From Candidatus Pyrohabitans sp. JdFR-17 (lineage in GTDB: Archaea; Hydrothermarchaeota; Hydrothermarchaeia; Hydrothermarchaeales; BMS3B): 64,000 nt of DNA. The translations under genes were made by a program, and so were the position numbers. A model generated the notes under the pieces. It made no database searches. It was not told where the DNA came from and saw only the letters and a program-made list of their open reading frames with translations. The first letter of the stretch is position 1; the number at the start of each line of letters is the position of its first letter. Location: NCBI GenBank assembly GCA_002011115.2, contig MTME02000038.1, positions 10,475 to 74,474 on the forward strand. Direction: 5' to 3'. Of this stretch, positions 16,102-24,856 are shown in pieces.

Positions 16102-17433
16102 TTAATAATTTGTAATGGGTTCTACTACATGTTTTAAATCTTTAATTATTTCTTTTTCGCTCTTTTTAAGATTTTCTTTCATTAAATCGACTACCTTAAC
16201 ATGAATTTTCAGCTCTCGTGGCATGTCACAATTTACATGACACTCATCACTGTGGAGAGGTATAGTTATTTGCTTTTCGCTGGTTTCTGAATAATTATAA
16301 GGCTTTGGATAGAGGAGCACGATCTCTGGACATTTTCCTGCTATACCATAGGCTATCATCTGATATATATCCTGATTTGATGGCTTAATCTTTTCTTTAT
16401 GGTCAATTTTATATTTAGTGTCTATTATCATGTGAATTTTACTATTTTTTAATATAGCAATATCTGCTTTTGGTATTATATCCTCATGCTTATCCAAATT
16501 ACCAATATTATACTGTAATTCAATCTGATAATCCACCAATCCAAGATCTTTTTTATGCTTCTTTATTATTCTGCCTATAAACTCTTCAAAGAGCTTGTTC
16601 ATATCAAAAACTATCCCGCCATATTCAAATCTGCCAGAAGTTAAATCTACAGAGAAGTTCCCTATGAACATAAAGCACTTATCTATCACTGGCTTAAACT
16701 GAATATTCAGCCTATTGAAGTGGATTTTGTTTTGGTGATATGGCTGAATTACCACATCGCTTATATCATCAAATATGAATAGAATATTGTCAATTTTTCT
16801 GTGATTCTCATAGCTTTGAGATATCACTCTCAGAAGTTTCAGAGTATATTTTATTGTCTGGTTGATTAGATTGTCCCAGGTTAGCTCATCAAACTGACAG
16901 TAGGCAAGAGGAAGATTTCTGGCAGCGTTGCTCTTTATGTGCTTGGCTAAAAGCAACTTGCCTCTCACTGTTGATAGGTTCTCTTCAACGGTGATGTACT
17001 CCTTAAATATTGATGATTGCAGTACTTTTTCAAGCTCTGCCAAGAACATATTTATGTATATTTCAAGAATGTCGCCTTTTTTGAATAGAGATACTGGAGT
17101 TTCTCCAGTTCTCAAATCCATTGTGTACTTAAGCATGAAGTGCAGATTTCTCAGAGCTTCAGTTACTTTGCTTTCATCTTCCCCTGTACTTCTGTATAAT
17201 TTTGGAAGTATCTGAATTCTCCTTTTGCCAACCTGAAGCACACCCACATAATGGTAAGTTCTCAGTCTATCTCCATGAAGCACTGTTATGATGTCAGTAT
17301 CAGCCTTCAGCAGAGTTTTCAGCCTGTCGTTTATTTCTATTAATCTGTTTTTCTCTGTATCTGAGAGTGCTTGTGACCCCTTCAGCTTTCTGCACGGCTC
17401 ATATTCGAATATGTTTATTGTGTTATTTGCCAT
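16102..17433 (-). CDS. mcrC: McrC-like PD-(D/E)xK endonuclease subunit
   Basis: PKADIAILKNSKIHMIIDTKYK...QDIYQMIAYG is the McrC-type D...D/ExK plus QM.aY motif. The gene lies directly downstream of the McrB-like AAA+ gene. Confidence 0.8.
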   Translation of the reverse strand: MANNTINIFEYEPCRKLKGSQALSDTEKNRLIEINDRLKTLLKADTDIITVLHGDRLRTYHYVGVLQVGKRRIQILPKLYRSTGEDESKVTEALRNLHFMLKYTMDLRTGETPVSLFKKGDILEIYINMFLAELEKVLQSSIFKEYITVEENLSTVRGKLLLAKHIKSNAARNLPLAYCQFDELTWDNLINQTIKYTLKLLRVISQSYENHRKIDNILFIFDDISDVVIQPYHQNKIHFNRLNIQFKPVIDKCFMFIGNFSVDLTSGRFEYGGIVFDMNKLFEEFIGRIIKKHKKDLGLVDYQIELQYNIGNLDKHEDIIPKADIAILKNSKIHMIIDTKYKIDHKEKIKPSNQDIYQMIAYGIAGKCPEIVLLYPKPYNYSETSEKQITIPLHSDECHVNCDMPRELKIHVKVVDLMKENLKKSEKEIIKDLKHVVEPITNY

Positions 17434-17450
17434 GCCAGTTCTCCGATTTA

Positions 17451-18557
17451 TTATACTTTCTTCAATGCTTCAATTAATTTTTCAGCACTTTCCAAATCTT
17501 TTATTTTATAACGCATTATATCTTCAAGGTCTTCATCTTTTTTGAGTATATCGTCCTCGTCTTTTTTTATTTCTTCAATAAATACATTACCAGCTTCACC
17601 AAGAACTTTTTTGATTTTCTCATAGTCGTTGTAGAAGTACTCCTGAAGCAGTGGAATTATCTCGTAGTACCAGATTCTGTGGAGGTTCTGCTTCCAGAGC
17701 TCTGGCTTATCCTTATATTCACCATTCTCATTCCTGAAGATGTTCAGGAAATAGGCATGGCCTATCTGTTTCTCTCTGTCAACATAGAAGGTTATTCTTC
17801 TGTTCATGGCTTTGAGAAGCTCTGAGATATCAAGACCATTTAATCCGCTTTTTGCGGCATCTTCAGTTATCTTTCCGTCTGATGCTTCTTCTAAAATTTC
17901 ATAGAATTCTCCATCTTCAGGCGGAATTTCAACAAACCCAAACCTTCTTCTGAGGGCTATATCCACAAGGGCTATTGACCTGTCGGCGGTGTTCATGGTG
18001 CCTATGATGTAAAGGTTGGACGGGACTCCAAACTTCTCCTTGGAGTAGGGGAGAGTTACAATGGTCTGATGTTTACCGCCTATCCTCTTGTCGGGCTCCA
18101 GAAGGGTTATGAGCTCGCCGAAGATCTTTGATATGTTGCCCCTGTTTATCTCGTCAATTATCAGAACGTATTTTTTGAGGCTATTGTTTTTCATAGCGTC
18201 GCGTATTTTATCTCTGTTCTCGTATAGAATTTCAAATATGTTTTTGCCATTATTTTTATTGTCAGATTCACAATCTATACTCACAGCTTCACATAGGGCA
18301 CGTGCTGCTTTAATGCAGATTTGCTTGAAGATCCCATCTTCCTTCCTAAATCCTCCATCATCTGGTCGATAACCCTCAACAAACTCCTCATAGCTGTAGG
18401 TTGGGTGAAAGGTTACAAATTTTATCCTCTCATTCTCTTCCAGCTTTTTATAATCTTCTTCAAAATCCTTCATATAAGCACTACCTTTGATGAAATTTGT
18501 GGTTATTTGTCTTGCTTTGAATGTTTTACCTGTACCAGGTGGTCCATAAAGGATCAT
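17451..18557 (-). CDS. mcrB: McrB-like AAA+ GTPase motor (begins right at the P-loop)
   Basis: MILYGPPGTGKT. VLIIDEINRGNISKIFGELITLLE. IIGTMNTADRS. ALRRRFGF. Confidence 0.85.
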   Translation of the reverse strand: MILYGPPGTGKTFKARQITTNFIKGSAYMKDFEEDYKKLEENERIKFVTFHPTYSYEEFVEGYRPDDGGFRKEDGIFKQICIKAARALCEAVSIDCESDNKNNGKNIFEILYENRDKIRDAMKNNSLKKYVLIIDEINRGNISKIFGELITLLEPDKRIGGKHQTIVTLPYSKEKFGVPSNLYIIGTMNTADRSIALVDIALRRRFGFVEIPPEDGEFYEILEEASDGKITEDAAKSGLNGLDISELLKAMNRRITFYVDREKQIGHAYFLNIFRNENGEYKDKPELWKQNLHRIWYYEIIPLLQEYFYNDYEKIKKVLGEAGNVFIEEIKKDEDDILKKDEDLEDIMRYKIKDLESAEKLIEALKKV

Positions 18558-19963
18558 TTGTTTTTTATTAGAATTAAATTGTTAAAATTCAAACTTGATT
18601 TAATATATCTGTGTACATTTTCTATCTTTTTATTTAATCCAAGTTTTTCGATTAAATTTTTAATAACTTCAATTGATTCGTCTTTTTTTAACTTAAATAC
18701 TGGATCTCGGGATGTTATCTGCGGAATTTCATATCCTGCTTTATCAGTGAATACCCACTTTACATCGCGTAAGTGGCAGATATAGGTTCCCGGTACTTTT
18801 GTAGGATCAAAGTAATAATCACTGGTAATTACCCCAATCCCGACAATCTTCTTTAAGCCAGATCTTACAGCAACAATATCTCCTATTTTCATCCCTCTAT
18901 AGAAGTTCCAAATATAATTAAATGTACGGCTTGCAGATTTTTCTGGATCCTTGTTATATTTTTCTAAATCGTCTTTATATACATCCTTATAGATCTCTTT
19001 GAATTCCTTTTCAAATTCGGCTTTGTTTTTGTAGCGTCTGAAGTCACCATATTCCTCATCACCAATACCAATTACTCCATGTTCTCTGCATTCTTCCCAA
19101 TATTCACCTTTATAACCTGGTGCTACTACCCAATATTGCAGATTTTCATCCATCAAAACACCCCCAATTTTGGAAATTGGTATTTTTATTTGTTCATAAT
19201 CATTTATGGGTTTATTTTTGTTATCTGTCAGCTTTAATAATAGACGATAGAATTCTTTAATGATAGCATCATTTTTGTATTGTTCTTTATTTTCCAGCGT
19301 ATCTATTAGATCCATTCTTCTTTTTTCGTGTGAATAGTTCAACTTGTCAATAACATTAAATAGCTGATCAATTTCAAGATTAATTGGTACTTCATGAGCA
19401 GTACCTTTTGTTGCATGCCCAACAATTTTTTTGTAACATTTTTCCTTAAATTCATCGAAATTACTTTCAAATTCCTGGTAATCGCCTTTTAGTTTAAAAC
19501 CGAAGAATTCTAATCCAGTTATAGAGGCATTATTCCTTATTGGGTGTTTGTCAATGTGTATTGTGCCGTAAAGTTCCCCAAAATAGCTTCTTAAATGTCT
19601 TTTTCTTCCTTTTTTACCTTTTAATGTGAATGTATATACCCAGCTCTCATTAAATTTATCAGATTTGTATATATCTAAAAATAAACTTTTTATCTCAGAC
19701 GAATTATATTTATCTAATAAAAGCGTAGTTTCTGTTTTGCCTCTTGCATAAATTTCTTCTACAATTTTTCCGATGATTTTTCTAATTTCCTCATTATCGC
19801 CTGTATATTGTAATTTTTTGAAATAACTGTTCATACGTTTAATTTTCCCTTCGAACCCTGCAAAGTTAAAATGAAGGTTATTTTCTCCAGTATACTTTTT
19901 TGCCACCTCTCTCCACAATTCCAAAAGCTTCACCTTCTCCCCGCTCAGGTTGCATTCATTCAT
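18554..19963 (-). CDS. McrB N-terminal module: unassigned ~270-aa domain plus PUA/EVE-like putative modified-base reader
   Basis: YWVVAPGYKGEYWEECREHGVIGIG...MKIGDIVAV...IVGIGVITSDYYF is PUA-like. Its stop overlaps the McrB ATG (ATGA) next to an A6 tract. GGAGG and a TATA-like box lie upstream of the ATG at 19963. Confidence 0.7.
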   Translation of the reverse strand: MNECNLSGEKVKLLELWREVAKKYTGENNLHFNFAGFEGKIKRMNSYFKKLQYTGDNEEIRKIIGKIVEEIYARGKTETTLLLDKYNSSEIKSLFLDIYKSDKFNESWVYTFTLKGKKGRKRHLRSYFGELYGTIHIDKHPIRNNASITGLEFFGFKLKGDYQEFESNFDEFKEKCYKKIVGHATKGTAHEVPINLEIDQLFNVIDKLNYSHEKRRMDLIDTLENKEQYKNDAIIKEFYRLLLKLTDNKNKPINDYEQIKIPISKIGGVLMDENLQYWVVAPGYKGEYWEECREHGVIGIGDEEYGDFRRYKNKAEFEKEFKEIYKDVYKDDLEKYNKDPEKSASRTFNYIWNFYRGMKIGDIVAVRSGLKKIVGIGVITSDYYFDPTKVPGTYICHLRDVKWVFTDKAGYEIPQITSRDPVFKLKKDESIEVIKNLIEKLGLNKKIENVHRYIKSSLNFNNLILIKNK

Positions 19964-20246
19964 CCACTCGCCCTCCTAAACACATCTTTCACACTAAAAA
20001 TTTAAATACCTTTTGCAACTTCAACATCGAATGTATCTTTTGCTTTAAGCTGAATAAGATTCGATTAAGAGCCACTATGTTGAAGATGCCCCATCCAATT
20101 TAAAATAAGCGATTAAGCCTTGTATTAGAGATTCTTGAGTAAATAAGTTCTGAATTTTTTGATTTTATCCAATCTATAGAATGAAAAATTAGATTACGAT
20201 AGAAATGCTTATATACTTAATTTTTATATATTTAAGTGGTATTACT

Positions 20247-20576
20247 ATGAGTGACTCTAAAAAACCTGTAGTGGATACTAAGAGGGGATTGGGAAAATTT
20301 GAGAGGATTCTTCTACCCCCAATAGTTACTATACCTAAATACTTATGGGAAAACGCCTTAAAACCTTTTTTCGAAAAATAAGCAATATCAACAGAAGATT
20401 ATAATAATATTGAAAGGTTAATAGATAAAGCCAAGAAAAATGGAGCAAAATAAATTAAGTTTAAGTTGAGTAGAAAAGATGCTATAGGTTTACAAAAAAA
20501 ATTATCAGGAAGATTTGAAGTCCTTTTAGGAGCTGAAAAAGAAGGTAAAATTGAAGTAACAATAAAATTTCAATGA
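20247..20576 (+). pseudogene. 109-codon reading frame interrupted by two in-frame TAA codons
   Basis: MSDSKKPVVDTKRGLGKFERILLPPIVTIPKYLWENALKPFFEK-TAA-AISTEDYNNIERLIDKAKKNGAK-TAA-IKFKLSRKDAIGLQKKLSGRFEVLLGAEKEGKIEVTIKFQ-TGA, all in one frame. Confidence 0.25.
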
Positions 20577-21146
20577 AAAATTAAGCATCACTTTCCGAAA
20601 ATATATTGTGTAATATTTGTTTTTTTATAAATTCATGCTAAGATGTTTTACCGCTTACTTTACAATTTTCCTCAACTTTCTCTGAAACTTTTCTTTCGGC
20701 CTTTTCCATCCACCAGCTCCTCAACAACTCATAAACCCGCTGCATAAAGCAATCTCTCACTTGAAGCATAAAAGCGTAAAAATCAGGTAAAATTTTGTAC
20801 CACTAGATTTGCAGAATGAACCTTAGGTGAAAAATTCGCTGCAACATAGGTTCATCACTTTGCTAACACGGTTTGGAATGCAAAATATTTAGGTGTAACG
20901 CGAAAAACGAAGGGTTTACTTTCAACTTTGAAAGGTCGCAAAACGTTAGAAATAAAGCTACAAAACCGCTGATTCTAAGAATGTTGACTTTGCACCCCAG
21001 GTTTAAACCTATGTGTATATATATCTTGTCTTTACTTTTTTCTATCCTTTTCCTATATATCGCTTTTACTAACTTTAATTTCTCAAAAAACAAAATTTTT
21101 GGATTTTATATATCTTTTTAACGAATTTATTGACCTCCTATCTCCC

Positions 21147-22337
21147 TCATATAAACACCTCCTCCGCTCCCTTTCTTCTAACCACTTCCCTGAACTTCTC
21201 CTTGACTTCAGGGAATGTTTCTGCGATCACCTTCAGGAACTCGAAGAGCACATCCTCGAGCTTGTCGACGTTGTAGAACTTGCCGAGGGGCAGGCCGCAC
21301 CTGCGGCAGAACCTGCTTGCAGGATCGTTAGGTTCTTTGCATCTCGGGCACTGCTCAGCTTTCAGCTTGGGTTCAGCGGCTTTGCTTGTATCCTTAATGC
21401 CGTAGATGCTCAGCACAGAGCTGTCTACATCTCTACCGCTGAGGTGGACGTAGATAGAAGGCATCTCTGAATCTTTGCCCCAGCCGAAGAACTCGCGCAT
21501 CTCAGGCTCTTTTAAATGCCTCGCCAAAAAGGTAGCCCTAGCATGCCTGAAGGCGTGAGGATTAACCTTCTTCTTTACCCCTGCCTTGGCTGCCAGCTCC
21601 TTTAGCAGGCGACTGACAAAGCCGTAGCTCAGGTGGCGGTTCTTCCACTTCGGGTTGTTGGGCGTTGGAATCTTGCACCACAGGAAGGCGTCGGGGTTAT
21701 TCTTTGCGGGGTGCTCCTCTATCCAGCGCTGCAACGCTAGGGTAGAGGCTACCAGGCGTATTCTTCTATCGCCTGTCTTGCCGGTAACCCTGAGCACAGC
21801 GCCGTAGTGGTCAAAACTCAGGTGCTTCAGCCTCAGCGGCAGAAACTCGCCTATTCTGGCGCCGCTCTCGTAGAGGGCGAGGACGAAAGCCTTGTCTCTC
21901 GTGGTGTAGGCTGCCTCGGCAATGGCTTTAATCTCCTCCTCGGTCAGCACCTCTTCAGGCAGCGTGCCGCTCTTGGGATGCTTTATCTCCATCCAGGCTA
22001 CCGCTTCGCCTTTACCGAGCCAGCGCATGTAGCGGCGAAGAATAACCTTCAGGTCGCGCCTGGTCCACTCCTTGTAGTCGCTCCTCTGAAGCCAGGCGGT
22101 GAAGCGCTTTATGTCGTCTATTTCTGCTTCCTTGAAGGGTTTGCCGAGTCTCCTGCTTATGCTCACAAGGCTGGCGAGGTACTTGTTTATCCTGGCGGCG
22201 CTGTAGCCTCTCAGCAACAGCTCATCCACGAAGCGCCTAACGTCAGCTTTGTCTTCAGGAAAAAGCTTAGAGATGTAGCGCTCCGCATTCTTTTCAAAAA
22301 TCTCCTCAAGCCCGTAAATGTCTACCTTAGCCACCAT
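21147..22337 (-). CDS. int: tyrosine recombinase/integrase with C-terminal zinc-ribbon extension
   Basis: ARIGEFLPLR (Arg box), HAFRHARATFLA (H-x-x-R) and SIYVHLSGRD (catalytic Tyr). An extra CPRCKEPNDPASRFCRRCG ribbon follows the catalytic domain. Adjacent to the 3' end of the tRNA. Confidence 0.9.
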   Translation of the reverse strand: MVAKVDIYGLEEIFEKNAERYISKLFPEDKADVRRFVDELLLRGYSAARINKYLASLVSISRRLGKPFKEAEIDDIKRFTAWLQRSDYKEWTRRDLKVILRRYMRWLGKGEAVAWMEIKHPKSGTLPEEVLTEEEIKAIAEAAYTTRDKAFVLALYESGARIGEFLPLRLKHLSFDHYGAVLRVTGKTGDRRIRLVASTLALQRWIEEHPAKNNPDAFLWCKIPTPNNPKWKNRHLSYGFVSRLLKELAAKAGVKKKVNPHAFRHARATFLARHLKEPEMREFFGWGKDSEMPSIYVHLSGRDVDSSVLSIYGIKDTSKAAEPKLKAEQCPRCKEPNDPASRFCRRCGLPLGKFYNVDKLEDVLFEFLKVIAETFPEVKEKFREVVRRKGAEEVFI

Positions 22338-22349
22338 ATCCTTAGCCCG

Positions 22350-22376
22350 CCTTTGGAGTTTTTAAAGCTCCAAAGG
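22350..22376. repeat. perfect 9-bp-stem inverted repeat between the tRNA 3' end and the integrase start
   Basis: cctttggag-tttttaaag-ctccaaagg. It lies 12 nt upstream of the integrase ATG and about 20 nt downstream of the tRNA. Function unknown (operator, att core or terminator). Confidence 0.5.
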
Positions 22377-22396
22377 CTTTTGCGATGGCCAAGGCA

Positions 22397-22469
22397 AGCC
22401 CCGAGGGGGATTTGAACCCCCGACCTGCTGATTACGAGTCAGCCGCTCTTCCAGCTGAGCTACCGGGGC
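22397..22469 (-). tRNA. tRNA-Thr: tRNA-Thr (anticodon CGU), no encoded CCA
   Basis: Folded manually from GCCCCGG-TA-GCTC-AGCTGGAA-GAGC-G-GCTGA-CTCGTAA-TCAGC-AGGTC-GGGGG-TTCAAAT-CCCCC-TCGGGGC-T. All four stems pair, with one G-U in the acceptor stem. Confidence 0.9.
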
Positions 22470-22578
22470 ACTCCGTCACCCTATCGTGCTTTGCACGAAA
22501 CGGGTAACTCCGTCACCCTGAGCGCTGCTCAGGGCAACTCCGTCACGCCGGAAGCAAGCTTCCGGGTAACTACTGCAC
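22470..22578 (-). repeat. three (plus one degenerate) tandem units of a 10-nt conserved motif plus a variable hairpin, abutting the tRNA 5' end
   Basis: On the plus strand, ACTCCGTCAC occurs at 22470, 22507 and 22537, with a degenerate ACTACTGCAC at 22569. The hairpins between them are tcgtgc/gcacga, ccctgagc/gctcaggg and ccggaagc/gcttccgg. Confidence 0.8.
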
Positions 22579-22591
22579 AAATAGCATTTTC

Positions 22592-22613
22592 ACGTAATAT
22601 AAATTATTTATAC
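22592..22613. promoter_or_regulatory. AT-rich TATA-like block, probable divergent promoters for rnhB (+) and the tRNA-Thr precursor (-)
   Basis: acgtaatataaattatttata ends about 22 nt before the rnhB ATG. It is the only TATA-like sequence upstream of the tRNA on the minus strand. Confidence 0.45.
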
Positions 22614-22633
22614 CACGAGCCCAACCTAGAAGT

Positions 22634-23266
22634 ATGAAAATTCTGGGCATCGACGAGGCTGGGCGGGGTCCTGTTTTGGGCAGCCTAATCATCGCTGGAG
22701 TAGCCTGCGAGGAAGAGGAGCAGGCCACCCTCATGAAGATAGGGGTTAAAGACTCAAAAAAATTATCACCAGAAAAAAGGGAGGAAATCTTCGAGGAACT
22801 TGTCTCATCCTTTACATACCGTGTGGTAGAATTTACGCCCCGGGAGATAGACTCAAGACACCGCCGCAGGGAGTCGCTAAACCAGATGGAAGCCAGAGCA
22901 ATGATTGAGCTGATAAACCACTTTTCTCCAGATGTAGCGTACATAGACTGCATAGGTCCCAGCACCAGAAAATTCGCCAGCTTGCTTGCCAACGCAGGTA
23001 TTGCCTGCTCGCTGGTAGTGGAACATCGCGCTGACGAGCGCTACCCGATAGTTTCGGCTGCCTCGATAATAGCCAAGGTAATACGCGACCGCAAGCTTGA
23101 GATGCTGAAGCAGGAGTACGGTGACTTCGGAAGCGGCTATCCCAGTGACCCGCGCACAGTAGCCTTTCTGGAGGAGCACATCGGCAAAGGCCTTCCTCCA
23201 TTTGTGAGAAACTCCTGGCGCACTCTCTCCAGATTTAAAAACCGCAGCTTAGATAGCTTCGAGTAG
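22634..23266 (+). CDS. rnhB: ribonuclease HII
   Basis: MKILGIDEAGRGPVLGSLIIAGV... and ...DSKKLSP... are typical RNase HII motifs. Confidence 0.9.
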   Translation: MKILGIDEAGRGPVLGSLIIAGVACEEEEQATLMKIGVKDSKKLSPEKREEIFEELVSSFTYRVVEFTPREIDSRHRRRESLNQMEARAMIELINHFSPDVAYIDCIGPSTRKFASLLANAGIACSLVVEHRADERYPIVSAASIIAKVIRDRKLEMLKQEYGDFGSGYPSDPRTVAFLEEHIGKGLPPFVRNSWRTLSRFKNRSLDSFE

Positions 23267-24688
23267 CTACTTCTCTTCAAGACCCACAGCCCTGAAGAAT
23301 CTATCTGTAATTGCCTCCTCAGCCAGCTTGAGCAGGGAATCCTTGTCCTTGACCCCACCGAATAAACCAAGTGGTATTTTCGCCGCCGCTGCAGTGGCAT
23401 GCCCACCTGCGCTGCCGATGTTTCCAAAAGCCTTCTGCATGACCTCACCCAAGTTTATTCTTATATCCTTATTCCTACCCGAGATATGAATCACATCCTC
23501 GCCTATGCCATAGACGAGCACTGTGGAGATGCCCTCAAGACGGAGAAGATAATCGGCAGCCTGCGGCAGCGTATCGCGATCTCTAATGAAACCCACGTTT
23601 GTAAGGAGAAAGCTGCCCCTTATCTTCCTGTTACGTATCGCCTCGCTCAGCACATCTAAGGTTTCGGCGGACATCAGCGGAGTCTCAATCTTCAGCAGGA
23701 GGTCATGGTCTGCCTTGGAGTAGAGCAGCGCCACAGCTTGGAGGTCATCGCTGGTAGTGCCCCGGGTAAAGTCGTTGGTATCTGTCTTTATCCCATAGAG
23801 CAGTGCCGTAGCAAGCTCTGGAGTTATCTCTATGTTCAGATGGGTAAGGTACTCCGTGAGAATGGTGGAGGTGGCGCCCACTTCGGGGCGAATATCCTTG
23901 TACAGCGCCGTAACTCTGCTCTCATCCACCGGGTGGTGGTCAATAACTATGTCGGGGGTTACGTTCTTGGGCAGAGAGTTGTTCTCACCTGGTATCGAAG
24001 CCTCAATAAGAGCTATCTTGGAGTAGTCGCGAAGGTCACGCACCTTGGCTATGGGTATTAGCGTTATCCCGAGAAGGTTCACGAGGGCGCGGTTTTCCTC
24101 ATGGCCTATTTCGCCACCGTATATTATATCAGCCTTGTTGCCGAGATGCTCCACAATCTGCTTCAATGAGAGGGCGCTGGCAATCGCATCTGGGTCTGGG
24201 TTATCCTGGGTTACTATCGCCACACCTTTTGGAGCATCCTCTATTATTTTCTTAAGCAGCTTAAGCTTCTTTTTCAGGTCAAGCTCCTTGAGTGACTCTA
24301 TCGCCTCGTCAGCAACTACGATGGTGGGGTATATAACAACGTCAATGTCGAGTGCCTTGAACTCCTCAGCGCTGCTATCCTTGCCTGCACGGAGTATTAT
24401 AGGAACTTCCTTGCTTAGCTGCCTCACCGCCTCAGCGGCGCGTTTGTTCAGTTCCACATCGGTGGTTAGTATTAGCACCGCCTCTGCCTTGTCCACATTC
24501 ACGGCCTTTAGTGTTGAAACATCAGTAATGTCGCCCTTTATAACATTCTCAAAATTCCTTTCCTTCAGCGTTTCTATCCTCTTTTCGTCTTTATCGATAA
24601 TCACCAGGTTCTTCTTCAGCTCCTGAAGCTTGCTTGCCGCAAGGTAGCCAGCGGTGCCACAGCCCAGTATTACGTACATGAAAACCAC
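23267..24688 (-). CDS. DHH/DHHA1-family phosphoesterase with N-terminal TrkA-N (RCK-like) NAD-binding domain
   Basis: Rossmann ILGCGTAGY. DHH motif VIDHHP. DHHA1 GGH motif SAGGHATAAA. Confidence 0.85.
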   Translation of the reverse strand: MVFMYVILGCGTAGYLAASKLQELKKNLVIIDKDEKRIETLKERNFENVIKGDITDVSTLKAVNVDKAEAVLILTTDVELNKRAAEAVRQLSKEVPIILRAGKDSSAEEFKALDIDVVIYPTIVVADEAIESLKELDLKKKLKLLKKIIEDAPKGVAIVTQDNPDPDAIASALSLKQIVEHLGNKADIIYGGEIGHEENRALVNLLGITLIPIAKVRDLRDYSKIALIEASIPGENNSLPKNVTPDIVIDHHPVDESRVTALYKDIRPEVGATSTILTEYLTHLNIEITPELATALLYGIKTDTNDFTRGTTSDDLQAVALLYSKADHDLLLKIETPLMSAETLDVLSEAIRNRKIRGSFLLTNVGFIRDRDTLPQAADYLLRLEGISTVLVYGIGEDVIHISGRNKDIRINLGEVMQKAFGNIGSAGGHATAAAAKIPLGLFGGVKDKDSLLKLAEEAITDRFFRAVGLEEK

Positions 24689-24856
24689 CTGAAAAAGGCT
24701 GGGTGTTAACTTTCATAAACCTTTCGCAGACAAGGTATATAAAAGGTAGCGAGGAGTTCACCAAAACATGACTGAATACTGGCGCATAGAAACCTTTATT
24801 AGACTCCCGGGAGTTACCTTTTACCCACACGTTCATTTCTGGAGGCGTTGAGAAGA

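Noticed and set aside
15820-21010. The palindromic GGTTTAAACCT occurs at 15820-15830 and 21000-21010, flanking the McrBC module. Considered as module boundaries or terminal repeats.
   Set aside because: Only 11 nt are shared and the flanks are unrelated. This is within chance expectation for AT-rich DNA.
22470-22578. Considered whether the repeat-hairpin array next to the tRNA is a mini CRISPR array.
   Set aside because: The conserved unit is only 10 nt and there are just 3-4 copies. The 'spacers' are themselves perfect hairpins of 20-27 nt. No cas genes or leader are present. It is reported instead as a tRNA-leader repeat.
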